Assembly: GCA_019634695.1 (NCBI GenBank) | Contig: JAHCAW010000001.1 | Coordinates: 48,328-112,327, forward strand | Length of the DNA stretch: 64,000 nucleotides | From: Candidatus Sumerlaeia bacterium | Lineage (GTDB): Bacteria > Sumerlaeota > Sumerlaeia > SLMS01 > JAHLLQ01 | Direction: 5' to 3' | Shown: piece after piece, positions 36,701 through 45,142 of the stretch | How the letters are laid out: each line of letters begins with the position of its first letter | How positions within the stretch are numbered: the first letter of the stretch is position 1 | Position numbers and translations under genes: made by a program | The notes under the pieces: generated by a model | Told to the model about the DNA's origin: nothing | Seen by the model: only the letters and a program-made list of their open reading frames with translations | The model's database searches: none

Positions 36701-38394
36701 ACCGCCTGCCGCTTCTCGCGCTGGGGGCGCTGCTCGTTGTCCTCGCAACGCGGGGCCTCACGCAGACCAGCATCGTCGATACGCCGCACAACCTCTCGTC
36801 GAGCGGCCCCGGCGCCATCCGCGCGCTCGACGAGGATCGCGTCTGCGTCTTCTGCCACACGCCGCACGGCGCGCGCACCGAGGCGCCGCTGTGGAATCGA
36901 CGCGACTCGAGCGCCACCTATCAGCCCTACGACAGCCCCACGCTCGTCGCGCGACCGGGCCAACCCACCGGCTCCTCGAAGCTCTGCCTCTCGTGCCACG
37001 ACGGCACCGTCGCGCTCGGCGATCTCGTCTCGCAGTCGACGCCGATCGACTTCGCCGGCGGCACGCGCATGCCGGCCGGTCGCTCGCTCATCGGCACGGA
37101 CCTGCGCGACGATCATCCCATCTCCTTCGCGTACTCCGACGCCCTGTCGGGCGGCAGCGCACGCCTGGCCGCGCCGCACTCCTGGGACCCGGCCATCCAG
37201 CTCGACGCCGCCGGCATGCTCCAGTGCACCACCTGCCACGATCCGCACGACAACCAGTGGGGGCGCTTCCTCGTCATGCACAACGCCGAGGCCCGCCTTT
37301 GCCGCGAGTGCCACATCATGCCCGAGTTCGACAACACGCCGCACGCGCTGTCGAACGCCACATGGAACGGCGTCGGCACGACGCCGTGGCCGCACACGGA
37401 GTTCGACAACGTGGCGACCAACTCGTGCCTGAACTGCCATCGCTCGCACCACTCGCCGCGCGGCCAGCACCTGCTGACCGGCGCCACCGACGCGGCCACC
37501 TGTCTGGCGTGCCACGACGGCAGCGTCGCGCGCTCCAACGTCCAGGTCGCCCTGCGCAAGCCCCATCGCCATCCGGTGCTCGAGACGTCGGCCGCGCACG
37601 TGCCGGGCGAGGTCCTCACCGGTTTCGCCGATCACGTCACCTGCTCGGACTGCCACAGCCCGCATCACATGACGACGTCGAAGGCCGACGCGCCGATGGT
37701 GCCCGGCACGATGACCGGCGTCTCCGGCGTGACGATCGACGGCACGCCGATCGCCGAGGCGATGTTCGGCTACGAGGTCTGCCTGAAGTGCCATGCCGAC
37801 GACGCCTCGGCCACCTTCCGCGGCATCGAGCGCCAGGTGCGGTCCAACGGCGTGCGCCGCGCGTTCGCCTCCGACAGCCCCTCGTTCCATCCCGTGGCGT
37901 TCACGGGCCGGAACCCGGACGTGCCGAGCTTGATCGCGCCGCTGAACGAGCAGTCCCAGATCGCGTGCACGGATTGCCACGGCGACGACGCGACGGCGCC
38001 GGGCTCGGGCGCCGCCGCCCCGCACGGCTCGCAGCACGAGTTCCTCCTGCGGCGCGAGTACCGCACCGGCTCGCGGGTCTCCGAGAGTCCGACGGCCTAC
38101 GCGCTTTGCTACGGCTGCCACGACCGGTCGGTCGTGCTCAGCGACCGCAGCTTCGTGGGCCATCGCCGCCACGTCGTCGACGAGCGCACGCCCTGCTCGG
38201 CCTGCCACGACGCGCACGGCATCGACGGCGCCGCCGGCAACGCGGTCAACAACGCGCGCCTGATCAACTTCGACCTGTCGGTCGTCTCGCCGCTGCCGCT
38301 GACGGGCGAATTGGAATACGTCTCGCACGGCTCGGGAACGGGCTCGTGCACACTCAACTGCCACGGCAAGGACCACAACCGGCAGGACTACTGA
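36697..38394 (+). CDS. Periplasmic/secreted multiheme cytochrome c with 12 motifs (11 CXXCH + terminal CX3CH)
   Basis: Its start forms an ATGA overlap with the NHL gene, and it has a signal peptide. Motifs are CVFCH, CLSCH, CTTCH, CRECH, CLNCH, CLACH, CSDCH, CLKCH, CTDCH, CYGCH, CSACH and CTLNCH. Confidence 0.9.
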   Translation: MNRLPLLALGALLVVLATRGLTQTSIVDTPHNLSSSGPGAIRALDEDRVCVFCHTPHGARTEAPLWNRRDSSATYQPYDSPTLVARPGQPTGSSKLCLSCHDGTVALGDLVSQSTPIDFAGGTRMPAGRSLIGTDLRDDHPISFAYSDALSGGSARLAAPHSWDPAIQLDAAGMLQCTTCHDPHDNQWGRFLVMHNAEARLCRECHIMPEFDNTPHALSNATWNGVGTTPWPHTEFDNVATNSCLNCHRSHHSPRGQHLLTGATDAATCLACHDGSVARSNVQVALRKPHRHPVLETSAAHVPGEVLTGFADHVTCSDCHSPHHMTTSKADAPMVPGTMTGVSGVTIDGTPIAEAMFGYEVCLKCHADDASATFRGIERQVRSNGVRRAFASDSPSFHPVAFTGRNPDVPSLIAPLNEQSQIACTDCHGDDATAPGSGAAAPHGSQHEFLLRREYRTGSRVSESPTAYALCYGCHDRSVVLSDRSFVGHRRHVVDERTPCSACHDAHGIDGAAGNAVNNARLINFDLSVVSPLPLTGELEYVSHGSGTGSCTLNCHGKDHNRQDY

Positions 38395-38471
38395 ACCGCG
38401 TCAGCACCCCTGAACGGAACGCTCCGTCCGGGTGTTACGTGGGGTCGTTCATTCAACATGAGTGAAATCAG

Positions 38472-38560
38472 TGGTGGACGGGAGTGGGTTCGAACCACTG
38501 TAGGGTGTTATACCCGCCAGATTTACAGTCTGGTGCCATTAACCACTCGGCCACCCGTCC
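38472..38560 (-). tRNA. tRNA-Tyr (anticodon GTA), class II with long variable arm, CCA encoded
   Basis: The reverse complement is GGACGGGTGGCCGAGTGGTTAATGGCACCAGACTGTAAATCTGG...AGTGGTTCGAACCCACTCCCGTCCACCA. The acceptor, anticodon and T arms all pair. Confidence 0.9.
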
Positions 38561-38588
38561 ACAAAGAGAAACAGACTCCGGAAGAGCA

Positions 38589-38664
38589 TGGTGCTGGTGA
38601 TGGGACTCGAACCCGCAACCGCCTGATTACAAATCAGGTGCTCTGCCAATTGAGCTACACCAGC
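38589..38664 (-). tRNA. tRNA-Thr (anticodon TGT), CCA encoded
   Basis: The reverse complement is GCTGGTGTAGCTCAATTGGCAGAGCACCTGATTTGTAATCAGGCGGTTGCGGGTTCGAGTCCCATCACCAGCACCA. It folds as a cloverleaf with one C-A mismatch in the T stem. Confidence 0.85.
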
Positions 38665-38778
38665 ATGGAAAGCCGTGCCTTGTCGGGGGTGCGGCTTTCC
38701 CCTTGGCGACTGTCGTCGCGAAGGAGGCAAGGAAGTAGGCCCGGGGCCGCCCGGCTGTCAACGACCAAGTGACCGGCG

Positions 38779-40071
38779 TCACGACCCGCGGGGGTCCGGG
38801 GTTTCGGCGGCCGGCAGGATCGGGGCGTCCACGTCGATCGGGTTGATCGGCGTGCTGTCCTGCAGCACCTCGAATCCGCGGACCACGACGCGGTCGCCGC
38901 TCTGGACGCCGAAGGTGATCTCGACCTCGTCCTTGCCCTCGAGGCCCAGCTCGACCGGGGTCATGCGGGCGACGGCATAGTCGGTGTCGGGCTGGCCGAC
39001 CGCGACGAAGACGACGTCGAGGTTGTTGCGGCGGGTCAGGGCGGACTTGGGCAGGCGGATGCGGTCGCGGCGGCGTTCGACGACGACGTCGCCGCGACCG
39101 AACATGCCGGGGCGCAGGGCCAGACCGGGATTCTCGAGCAGGATATCGACCTCGAAGGCGCGGGTGTCCGGGTTGACGTTGGCCGAGATGCGCTCCACCT
39201 GCCCGGTGGGGGTCATGTCCTCGGTGGCGTAGATGACGACGTCGGCCTGCTGGCCAAGGGCGATGCGGCCGATGTCGCGGCTGGTGACGTCGCAGCGCAT
39301 GAGGACGCGCGACAGGTCCACGACGCCGCAGACAAGGTGGCTGGCGGAGATCTGGCGGCCCTCGTGGCTGGTGACGGATTCCTGGCCGAAGCCGCGGGCG
39401 AAGCGACCGCTGCCCTCCAGGGTGGCGGGGGCGACGACGACGCCGGCGAACGGGGCGCGCAGGACGAGGCGCTCGACGCGGTTCTCGGTCTCGCGCAGGT
39501 TCGTCTGGGCCTTCTCGAGGTTGATGAGCGCCTGGCGTCGGCTGTTGCGCGAGCGCTCGAGTTCGAGCTCGGCGGCGTCGAGTTCCTTCTTGGCGGAGAT
39601 GCCGCGGGAGTACAGGCCCTGGACGGAGCGGAACTCCTCGGTGCGGAAGCGCAGGGCGCGGTCGGCGATGTCGAGGTTCTCGCGTTGGAGGTCCACGTCG
39701 GCGCGATTGAGCATCAGCTCGCGGGCGAGGTTGGGGCTCTCGATGCGGGCGATGACCTGGTCCTGCTCGACGAGGTCGCCCTCGATCCAGGGGCGCTCGA
39801 AGAAGAGGCGGCCGGCTTCCTCGCTGCGGACCGCCTGGCTGCGGATCGGGACGATGGACCCGGTGGTGGAGATGGTCGCGCGAATCTCGCCCCGCTCGGC
39901 CGTCTTCACCAGCACGGGCGTCAGGAAGGGCCGTTCCTTGCGGATGGTGGCGGCGGGCTTGTCGCCCGACGCGCCCTCCTTGGAGGCACCATCCTTCTTG
40001 CCGGGTCGGCAGCCCGACGCGGCAACGAGCAACAGCAGCAGGAGGAGGGCGTGGTGGCGGGAAACGGGCAT
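38779..40071 (-). CDS. Efflux transporter periplasmic adaptor (HlyD/MFP family) lipoprotein
   Basis: Has the lipobox VAASGC, a coiled-coil hairpin (DLQRENLDIADRAL...ELELERSRNSRRQALINLEKAQ), the segment LRAPFAGVV and a beta-barrel C-terminus. This is the tail of track ORF 38779..41433. Confidence 0.8.
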   Translation of the reverse strand: MPVSRHHALLLLLLLVAASGCRPGKKDGASKEGASGDKPAATIRKERPFLTPVLVKTAERGEIRATISTTGSIVPIRSQAVRSEEAGRLFFERPWIEGDLVEQDQVIARIESPNLARELMLNRADVDLQRENLDIADRALRFRTEEFRSVQGLYSRGISAKKELDAAELELERSRNSRRQALINLEKAQTNLRETENRVERLVLRAPFAGVVVAPATLEGSGRFARGFGQESVTSHEGRQISASHLVCGVVDLSRVLMRCDVTSRDIGRIALGQQADVVIYATEDMTPTGQVERISANVNPDTRAFEVDILLENPGLALRPGMFGRGDVVVERRRDRIRLPKSALTRRNNLDVVFVAVGQPDTDYAVARMTPVELGLEGKDEVEITFGVQSGDRVVVRGFEVLQDSTPINPIDVDAPILPAAETPDPRGS

Positions 40072-40235
40072 CGGGACTGTCAGGGGGTGACGTGGCCCCG
40101 ACGCCGTCCATGGGTTGGCGGGGCGGTGGGGGGGCGCAATGGCGAAAAGCGTTCGGTTGCCCGCCTCTCCGGAGGCTTGGGGGGACTTCCCAACCAAGAT
40201 GCGACAGTTCCGGGCGGCCGCAGGTTCCCGGTCGG

Positions 40236-41408
40236 TCAGGCGGTATCGGCGTCGGCCACCGGCTGGCTGGGGCTGCCCTTCTCCTGCCCGGGCCAGCGCT
40301 TCTTTGCCCGCAGGATGGTTTCGTACAGGGTCAGGGTCTCGGCGACCATGCGATCCACGTCGTATTCGCGGACGCGCCGGGCGGCGGACTCGGCGAGTTT
40401 GCGCCGCAGCGAGGGGTTGACCGCCAACTTGATGACGAGTTCCCGGAAGGCGGTCCTGTCGCCGGCGGGGACGAGGTAGCCGTCGACGCCGTCGCGAACC
40501 TGCTCGCGGGCCCCGCCGACGTCGGTGGCAACGACGACGGCGCGGTGGAGCATGCTCTCGAGGATGACGCTGCTGAAGCCTTCGCGGGTGCTGGGCAGGA
40601 TGGAGATGTCGGCGGCGGCGAGCAGATCGGCGACGTCGTCGCGCTGGCCGAGCAGGCGCGCCTGGGCCTGGAGCCCAAGTTCGCGGATGCGTTGCTCGAT
40701 GACAGCGTGCTCGCGGCCCGTGCCGACGAGCAGCAGGCGCGCGTTGGGGACGATCTTGAGGACGCGGGGGAACTCGTCGAGGAAGGCGCGGTGGTTCTTG
40801 TGCTCGTGGAGGCGCGCGACGTGGACGATGAGGACGGTGTCGCTGGGCAGGCGCAGGTCGTCGAGCAGGCGCGCGCGGGGGCGCGTCGGGGGTGGGGCGA
40901 GGTTGATGCCGTCGTGGATCACCTGGAGGCGCTCCTCGTCGACGGCGAGCTCGCGGGCGGCGCTCTGGCGGATGGCGCGGCAGGAGGTCAGCAGGCGGTC
41001 GCGCAGGGGCAGCAGGGTGCGGTCGACGAGGGCCTGTCGGCGGTGGGCGTAGGCGGGCAGGTCGTGGAGCTGCGAGACGATGCAGGGGACGCCGGCGAGC
41101 CGGGCAGCGAGGGTGCCCGCGACGTTGGCCGGCTGGTGGTGCGTGTGGACGACATGGAAGGCGTGTTGGCGGAAGAGCCGGCGGAGGGGGAGGATGCCGG
41201 GGGTGGCGATTCGGCGCGCGTCGCCCAGGACGGTGCAGGGGATGTCGGCCTTCTCGAGTCGGGCGAGCAGTTCGCCCTGGCCGCGCAGGACGACGACGTG
41301 GGGATCCCAGCCGTGCTCGCGCAGGCGTGGGAGGAACTCGATCAATCGCTGTTGGACGCCGCCGACCCACATCGAGTCGACGACGCGGCACACGCGCAGG
41401 CGTTCCAT
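40236..41408 (-). CDS. Glycosyltransferase family 4
   Basis: Starts at MERLRVCRVVDSMWVGGVQQ. It carries LPSTREGFSSVILESMLHRAVVVATDVGG (EX7E region). Confidence 0.85.
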   Translation of the reverse strand: MERLRVCRVVDSMWVGGVQQRLIEFLPRLREHGWDPHVVVLRGQGELLARLEKADIPCTVLGDARRIATPGILPLRRLFRQHAFHVVHTHHQPANVAGTLAARLAGVPCIVSQLHDLPAYAHRRQALVDRTLLPLRDRLLTSCRAIRQSAARELAVDEERLQVIHDGINLAPPPTRPRARLLDDLRLPSDTVLIVHVARLHEHKNHRAFLDEFPRVLKIVPNARLLLVGTGREHAVIEQRIRELGLQAQARLLGQRDDVADLLAAADISILPSTREGFSSVILESMLHRAVVVATDVGGAREQVRDGVDGYLVPAGDRTAFRELVIKLAVNPSLRRKLAESAARRVREYDVDRMVAETLTLYETILRAKKRWPGQEKGSPSQPVADADTA

Positions 41409-41481
41409 GGCCGGCAGGGTGCCACATCTGCACCCGACCAAGACAAGCGGGAAACGAATCGCAAGGATTATGACGATTCGG

Positions 41482-42567
41482 TTAGTGAGCGAGCAGGGAC
41501 TCGTAGAGAGCGACGGTGCGGTCGCAGGCGGCGGGGATGGAATGGGCGCGGCCGATGGCGAGTGCTTCGTCGGCCATGGGGCGAAGGCGGGCGGGGTCGG
41601 CGGCAAGGCCGGCGAGGGCCTCGGCCCATGGGGCAGGATCCGTGGTGGGCAGCAGGAGGCCGGCGGAGCGGCCCTCGAGGAGTTCGCGGTGCGGGTCGAT
41701 GTCGGAGACGACGAACGGTCGGCCGGCGGCGCAGGCCTCGAGCAGGGCATTGGGGAAGCCCTCGCGGAAGCTGGCGGAGACGAACAGGTCGGCACGCGCC
41801 AGCCAGGAGAAGACGTCGTCGGTCGCCCCGGGCAGTCGCACCCAGTCGGTGAGTTCCTTTTCGGCAACCAGGCGGCTGAGCTTGCTGTGGCCCGGGCCAT
41901 CGCCCAGCAGCGTGATGCGCGCGGGGACGTTGCGACGGCGGCACTCGGCGGCCACATCGACGAGGAAGTCCAGCCGCTTCTGCTTCACGAAGCGCCCGGC
42001 CCAGAGCAGTTCGAGCGGTTCGCCCGGGGCGCGCTCGGGCAGGGGCGCGACCGTCTCCGGCCCGACCACGCCGTTGTGAATCACGGTGATCCTGTCGCCC
42101 GGCACGCCGAGGCCCACGAGCACCTGGCGCACGGAGTCGCCGACGGCGACGAAGGCGTCCGGCCGGCCGGCCGTGCGGCGGATGCTGCGCTCCTGATGGA
42201 CGCTCGTCGTCGGAATCTGGTTGTGGTAGCCGTTGACCAGACGCACGCGGCCGCGGGCCATCAGGGCGAAGTTGGTGCTCATGTTCGCGCCGTACATGTG
42301 CGCGTGGACGATCTGCACGTCGCGTCGGCGGACAAGCAGGCGCAGGCGCAGCGCGCCGAGCGGATCGAGGCGCGAGCGGAACGGCACGTGATGGACGGCG
42401 AAGCCCTCGGCGGCGAAGCGCTCGGCCATGCGGCCCGGTTCGTCGATCGTGCAGACCTCGCACGTCAGGCCGCGCTGGCGCAACTCGCGGAAGGCCAGCA
42501 GCATCTGGCGCTGGACGCCCCCGATATCGAGGTTCGAGATGACGCGCAGCACGCGAATATCCGGCAC
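41482..42567 (-). CDS. Glycosyltransferase family 4
   Basis: N-terminus RVLRVISNLDIGGVQRQ. It carries VSASFREGFPNALLEACAAGRPFVVSDI. I chose a GTG start; the alternative GTG at 42552 is possible. Confidence 0.8.
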   Translation of the reverse strand: MPDIRVLRVISNLDIGGVQRQMLLAFRELRQRGLTCEVCTIDEPGRMAERFAAEGFAVHHVPFRSRLDPLGALRLRLLVRRRDVQIVHAHMYGANMSTNFALMARGRVRLVNGYHNQIPTTSVHQERSIRRTAGRPDAFVAVGDSVRQVLVGLGVPGDRITVIHNGVVGPETVAPLPERAPGEPLELLWAGRFVKQKRLDFLVDVAAECRRRNVPARITLLGDGPGHSKLSRLVAEKELTDWVRLPGATDDVFSWLARADLFVSASFREGFPNALLEACAAGRPFVVSDIDPHRELLEGRSAGLLLPTTDPAPWAEALAGLAADPARLRPMADEALAIGRAHSIPAACDRTVALYESLLAH

Positions 42568-42732
42568 GGCAGCGGGGTCCTTTGCGGGATGACGACGGCG
42601 CCTGAAGGGTGATCTCGGGTTCGGGATCGGACAGCCGCAACGGCAATTCCCCCGGGCTCTGCCATCGGCCGGATTGCCGACCGATGCGCGTCGTGCTTGT
42701 GTCCGGCGGCCGGTGCGGCATGAGGTGAGGAC

Positions 42733-44385
42733 ATGCGAGCCGACCTGCGCCAGCTTCCCCGCGTGCGCACCTACTGGGTGCTGACGGTCCTGATGGCCGT
42801 GGGGCTGTGGCTGCGCGGGACGGACCTTGGACTGGTGCCGTTCAACATCGACGAGGCGGCGCTGAGTGTGTTCGCCAACACGCTGGCGCACCTGCGCGGC
42901 CTTCCCATCGTGGGCGTGCGGACGAGCTTCGGGTTTCACAACCCGCCGCTGTTCGTCTACCTGATGGCGCCCTGCTTTGCGTTCACGCAGGACCCGCGGT
43001 TCGCCGTGCTGGCGTTGGCGATGGCGGGCACGCTGGCGATTGGGTTGGTGGGACTGACGGCGCGGCGTCTGTGGGGCGGCTGGGCGGCGGTGGTGGCGGC
43101 CGCGCTCGTGTGCTTCTCGCCCACGGCCATCGACCACAGCCGACGGCTGTGGGGGCACGACACGATGATTTTCTGGAGCGCGCTGGCGTTGTACGCGGCG
43201 GTGCGCGCGTCGCAGTCGAGTCGTCGCAAGTTCGCGTGGGTGGGTCTTGGGGCGGCGGCCGCCGCGCAGGCGTGCCATCTGTCGGGCGTGTTGCTGTGGA
43301 TCGTGCCGGTCGGGGCGCTCGTGTTGTTCCGTCCCTCGCACTGGCGGCGTTCGCTGGCGGTTGGTGCGCTGGTGCTGGGGGTGATCTATGCGCCGTGGGT
43401 GTTCGAGGAGGCGCGGGCGGGCGAGTCCGGGCGCCGCTTCGAGGAAACCCGCCTGATCGTGGGCCTGATGACGGGCCGCGCGGAGGTGGCGCGACGGGCC
43501 GAGGGGCCTGCTCCCCCGATCGAGTCCTGGGCGTTGCAGTTGGCCGATGCCGGGCACAACGACATGTTGGGGCTCGAGTACGAGCGGTTTCTCGCGGAGC
43601 GCCCCGCGCTGCGCAGGACGACACGCGCGGCATGGTGGCTGCTGGCGGGCTTGCAGGTGGCGGCGATGATCGCGTTGCTGGCGACGGCCACGCGCTGGCG
43701 GTCGATGCCCGTGTCGGCGCGCTGGGCGATGCTGTTGGCGGCGGGGGCGCTCGCGCCCATGGTGCTGTTCACCGTGTTGCCGGTGACCGCGGTGCCGCCG
43801 TATCAGTTGCCCGCGCTGGTGCCGTGCGCGTTGGCGGTGGCCTGGCTGGCGACGCGCTGGCCGGAGATCGTGCGGGGCGCCTCGTGGCGGGCGATGCGGC
43901 GTCGCCCCCTCGAGGCGCGCGCGTTGGCGGGCGCGCTCGTGCTCGTCCTGTTCGTCGCGGCGTTCGGCGTGTCGTACACGCGGGCGCAGCGGGGCTTCCT
44001 GCGGGCGGTCACACCGGCGGACCGCACGACGACGGCGCTCGCGCACAAGATCGACGCGATGGCCCTGATCGTCAGCTCCGCGGCGGCGAGCGGCGTGCGC
44101 ACCTCCATCTCGCAGGACGGGCGCACCGCGCGCGCCGGCCTGGACTACTGGGTGGTGTACCTGCACTACTACGTCTCGGGTAGCGAGACAGTCCCGGTCG
44201 ATCCGCTGGCCGAGCACCAGTTCGTGGTGCGCGACAGCAAGACGGTGCTGCGGCCCGAGGTGGCCGCATGGCTGGAGCAGTTCGACTCGACCGCGATCGG
44301 CAACCTGACCGTCACGCGCCTGATCGGCCCCGAAGCCGCCGAGTGGCGCCGCCTCACCGAACTCTTCCCGTCGGCAGGGGAGTGA
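42733..44385 (+). CDS. Polytopic membrane glycosyltransferase, PMT/ArnT-like (GT39/GT83-type)
   Basis: Has at least 10 hydrophobic helices, an N-terminal loop motif PFNIDEAAL..GFHNPPLFVYL, and a soluble C-terminal domain. Confidence 0.7.
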   Translation: MRADLRQLPRVRTYWVLTVLMAVGLWLRGTDLGLVPFNIDEAALSVFANTLAHLRGLPIVGVRTSFGFHNPPLFVYLMAPCFAFTQDPRFAVLALAMAGTLAIGLVGLTARRLWGGWAAVVAAALVCFSPTAIDHSRRLWGHDTMIFWSALALYAAVRASQSSRRKFAWVGLGAAAAAQACHLSGVLLWIVPVGALVLFRPSHWRRSLAVGALVLGVIYAPWVFEEARAGESGRRFEETRLIVGLMTGRAEVARRAEGPAPPIESWALQLADAGHNDMLGLEYERFLAERPALRRTTRAAWWLLAGLQVAAMIALLATATRWRSMPVSARWAMLLAAGALAPMVLFTVLPVTAVPPYQLPALVPCALAVAWLATRWPEIVRGASWRAMRRRPLEARALAGALVLVLFVAAFGVSYTRAQRGFLRAVTPADRTTTALAHKIDAMALIVSSAAASGVRTSISQDGRTARAGLDYWVVYLHYYVSGSETVPVDPLAEHQFVVRDSKTVLRPEVAAWLEQFDSTAIGNLTVTRLIGPEAAEWRRLTELFPSAGE

Positions 44386-44536
44386 GCGGGTTCCGGGAAA
44401 CAAACGACAGCGCCCGGCCGCGACGGCGCCACCCTGCACAGGCGACGACGAAACGCCAGACACCCGGGCGACTTCGGCCTCATGGAGCAACATGGACAAC
44501 CGGACACCCGCCAAGGACCGGTCCTTCCCGGCGAGC

Positions 44537-45070
44537 GTCCACCCCGTCCACCTCGTCCACTTCGTCCACTTTCCTAGTGGACGCAAAGTGGACAGGACAA
44601 AGTGGACGACCATCCGTCCACTTTGCACCCCCGTCCACCTCGTCCACTTTGTCCACTCACCTAGTGGACAACAAAGTGGACAGGACAAGTGGACGACCAT
44701 CCGTCCACTGTCCACCCCGTCCACCTCGTCCACTTCGTCCACTTTCCTAGTGGACGCAAAGTGGACAGGACAAAGTGGACGACCATCCGTCCACTGTCCA
44801 CCTCGTCCACTGTCCACTTCGTCCACTTACATAGTGGACGACAAACTGGACAGGACAAGTGGACGACCATCCGTCCACTGTCCACTCCGTCCACTGTCCA
44901 CCTCGTCCACTTCGTCCACTTACCTAGTGGACGCAGAGTGGACAGGACAAAGTGGACGACCTATCCGTCCACCGTCCACTCCGTCCACCGTCCACTCCGT
45001 CCACCTCGTCCACTTCGTCCACTCACATAGTGGACGACAAACTGGACAGGACAAGGTGGACGCCCTGTCC
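44537..45070. repeat. Six tandem hairpin units (79, 87, 86, 84, 94, 104 bp) built from GTCCAC / GTGGAC hexamers
   Basis: There are 31 exact GTCCAC copies, mostly at 9-bp spacing, and 16 exact GTGGAC copies. Every unit has the form (GTCCACnnn)n-YTAG-TGGAC-n5-GTGGAC-n8-GTGGACGACCATCC. The array lies between convergent genes. Confidence 0.95.
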
Positions 45071-45142
45071 GTCCGGTGACCACTCATGCGGTCTTGGGAG
45101 GTGGATGGCACCGCCCCGGCCCCAGTTGACGGGTTGGTGCTG

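Noticed and set aside
44537-45070. GTCCAC array read as a CRISPR array or as a gene for a His/Val-rich repeat protein (track ORFs 44492..45079+, 44689..45030+, 44661..44894-).
   Set aside because: There are no unique spacers between constant repeats, because the whole unit repeats. Not all unit lengths (79/87/86/84/94/104) are multiples of three, so no single frame keeps the peptide repeat. Each unit also carries a TAG in one frame.
44537-45070. GTCCAC array read as the chromosomal origin (oriC).
   Set aside because: No dnaA, dnaN or other origin-linked genes are nearby and there is no AT-rich unwinding element. The extreme tandem regularity is unlike known origins. I kept only the weaker DnaA-box-cluster/titration hypothesis as a finding.
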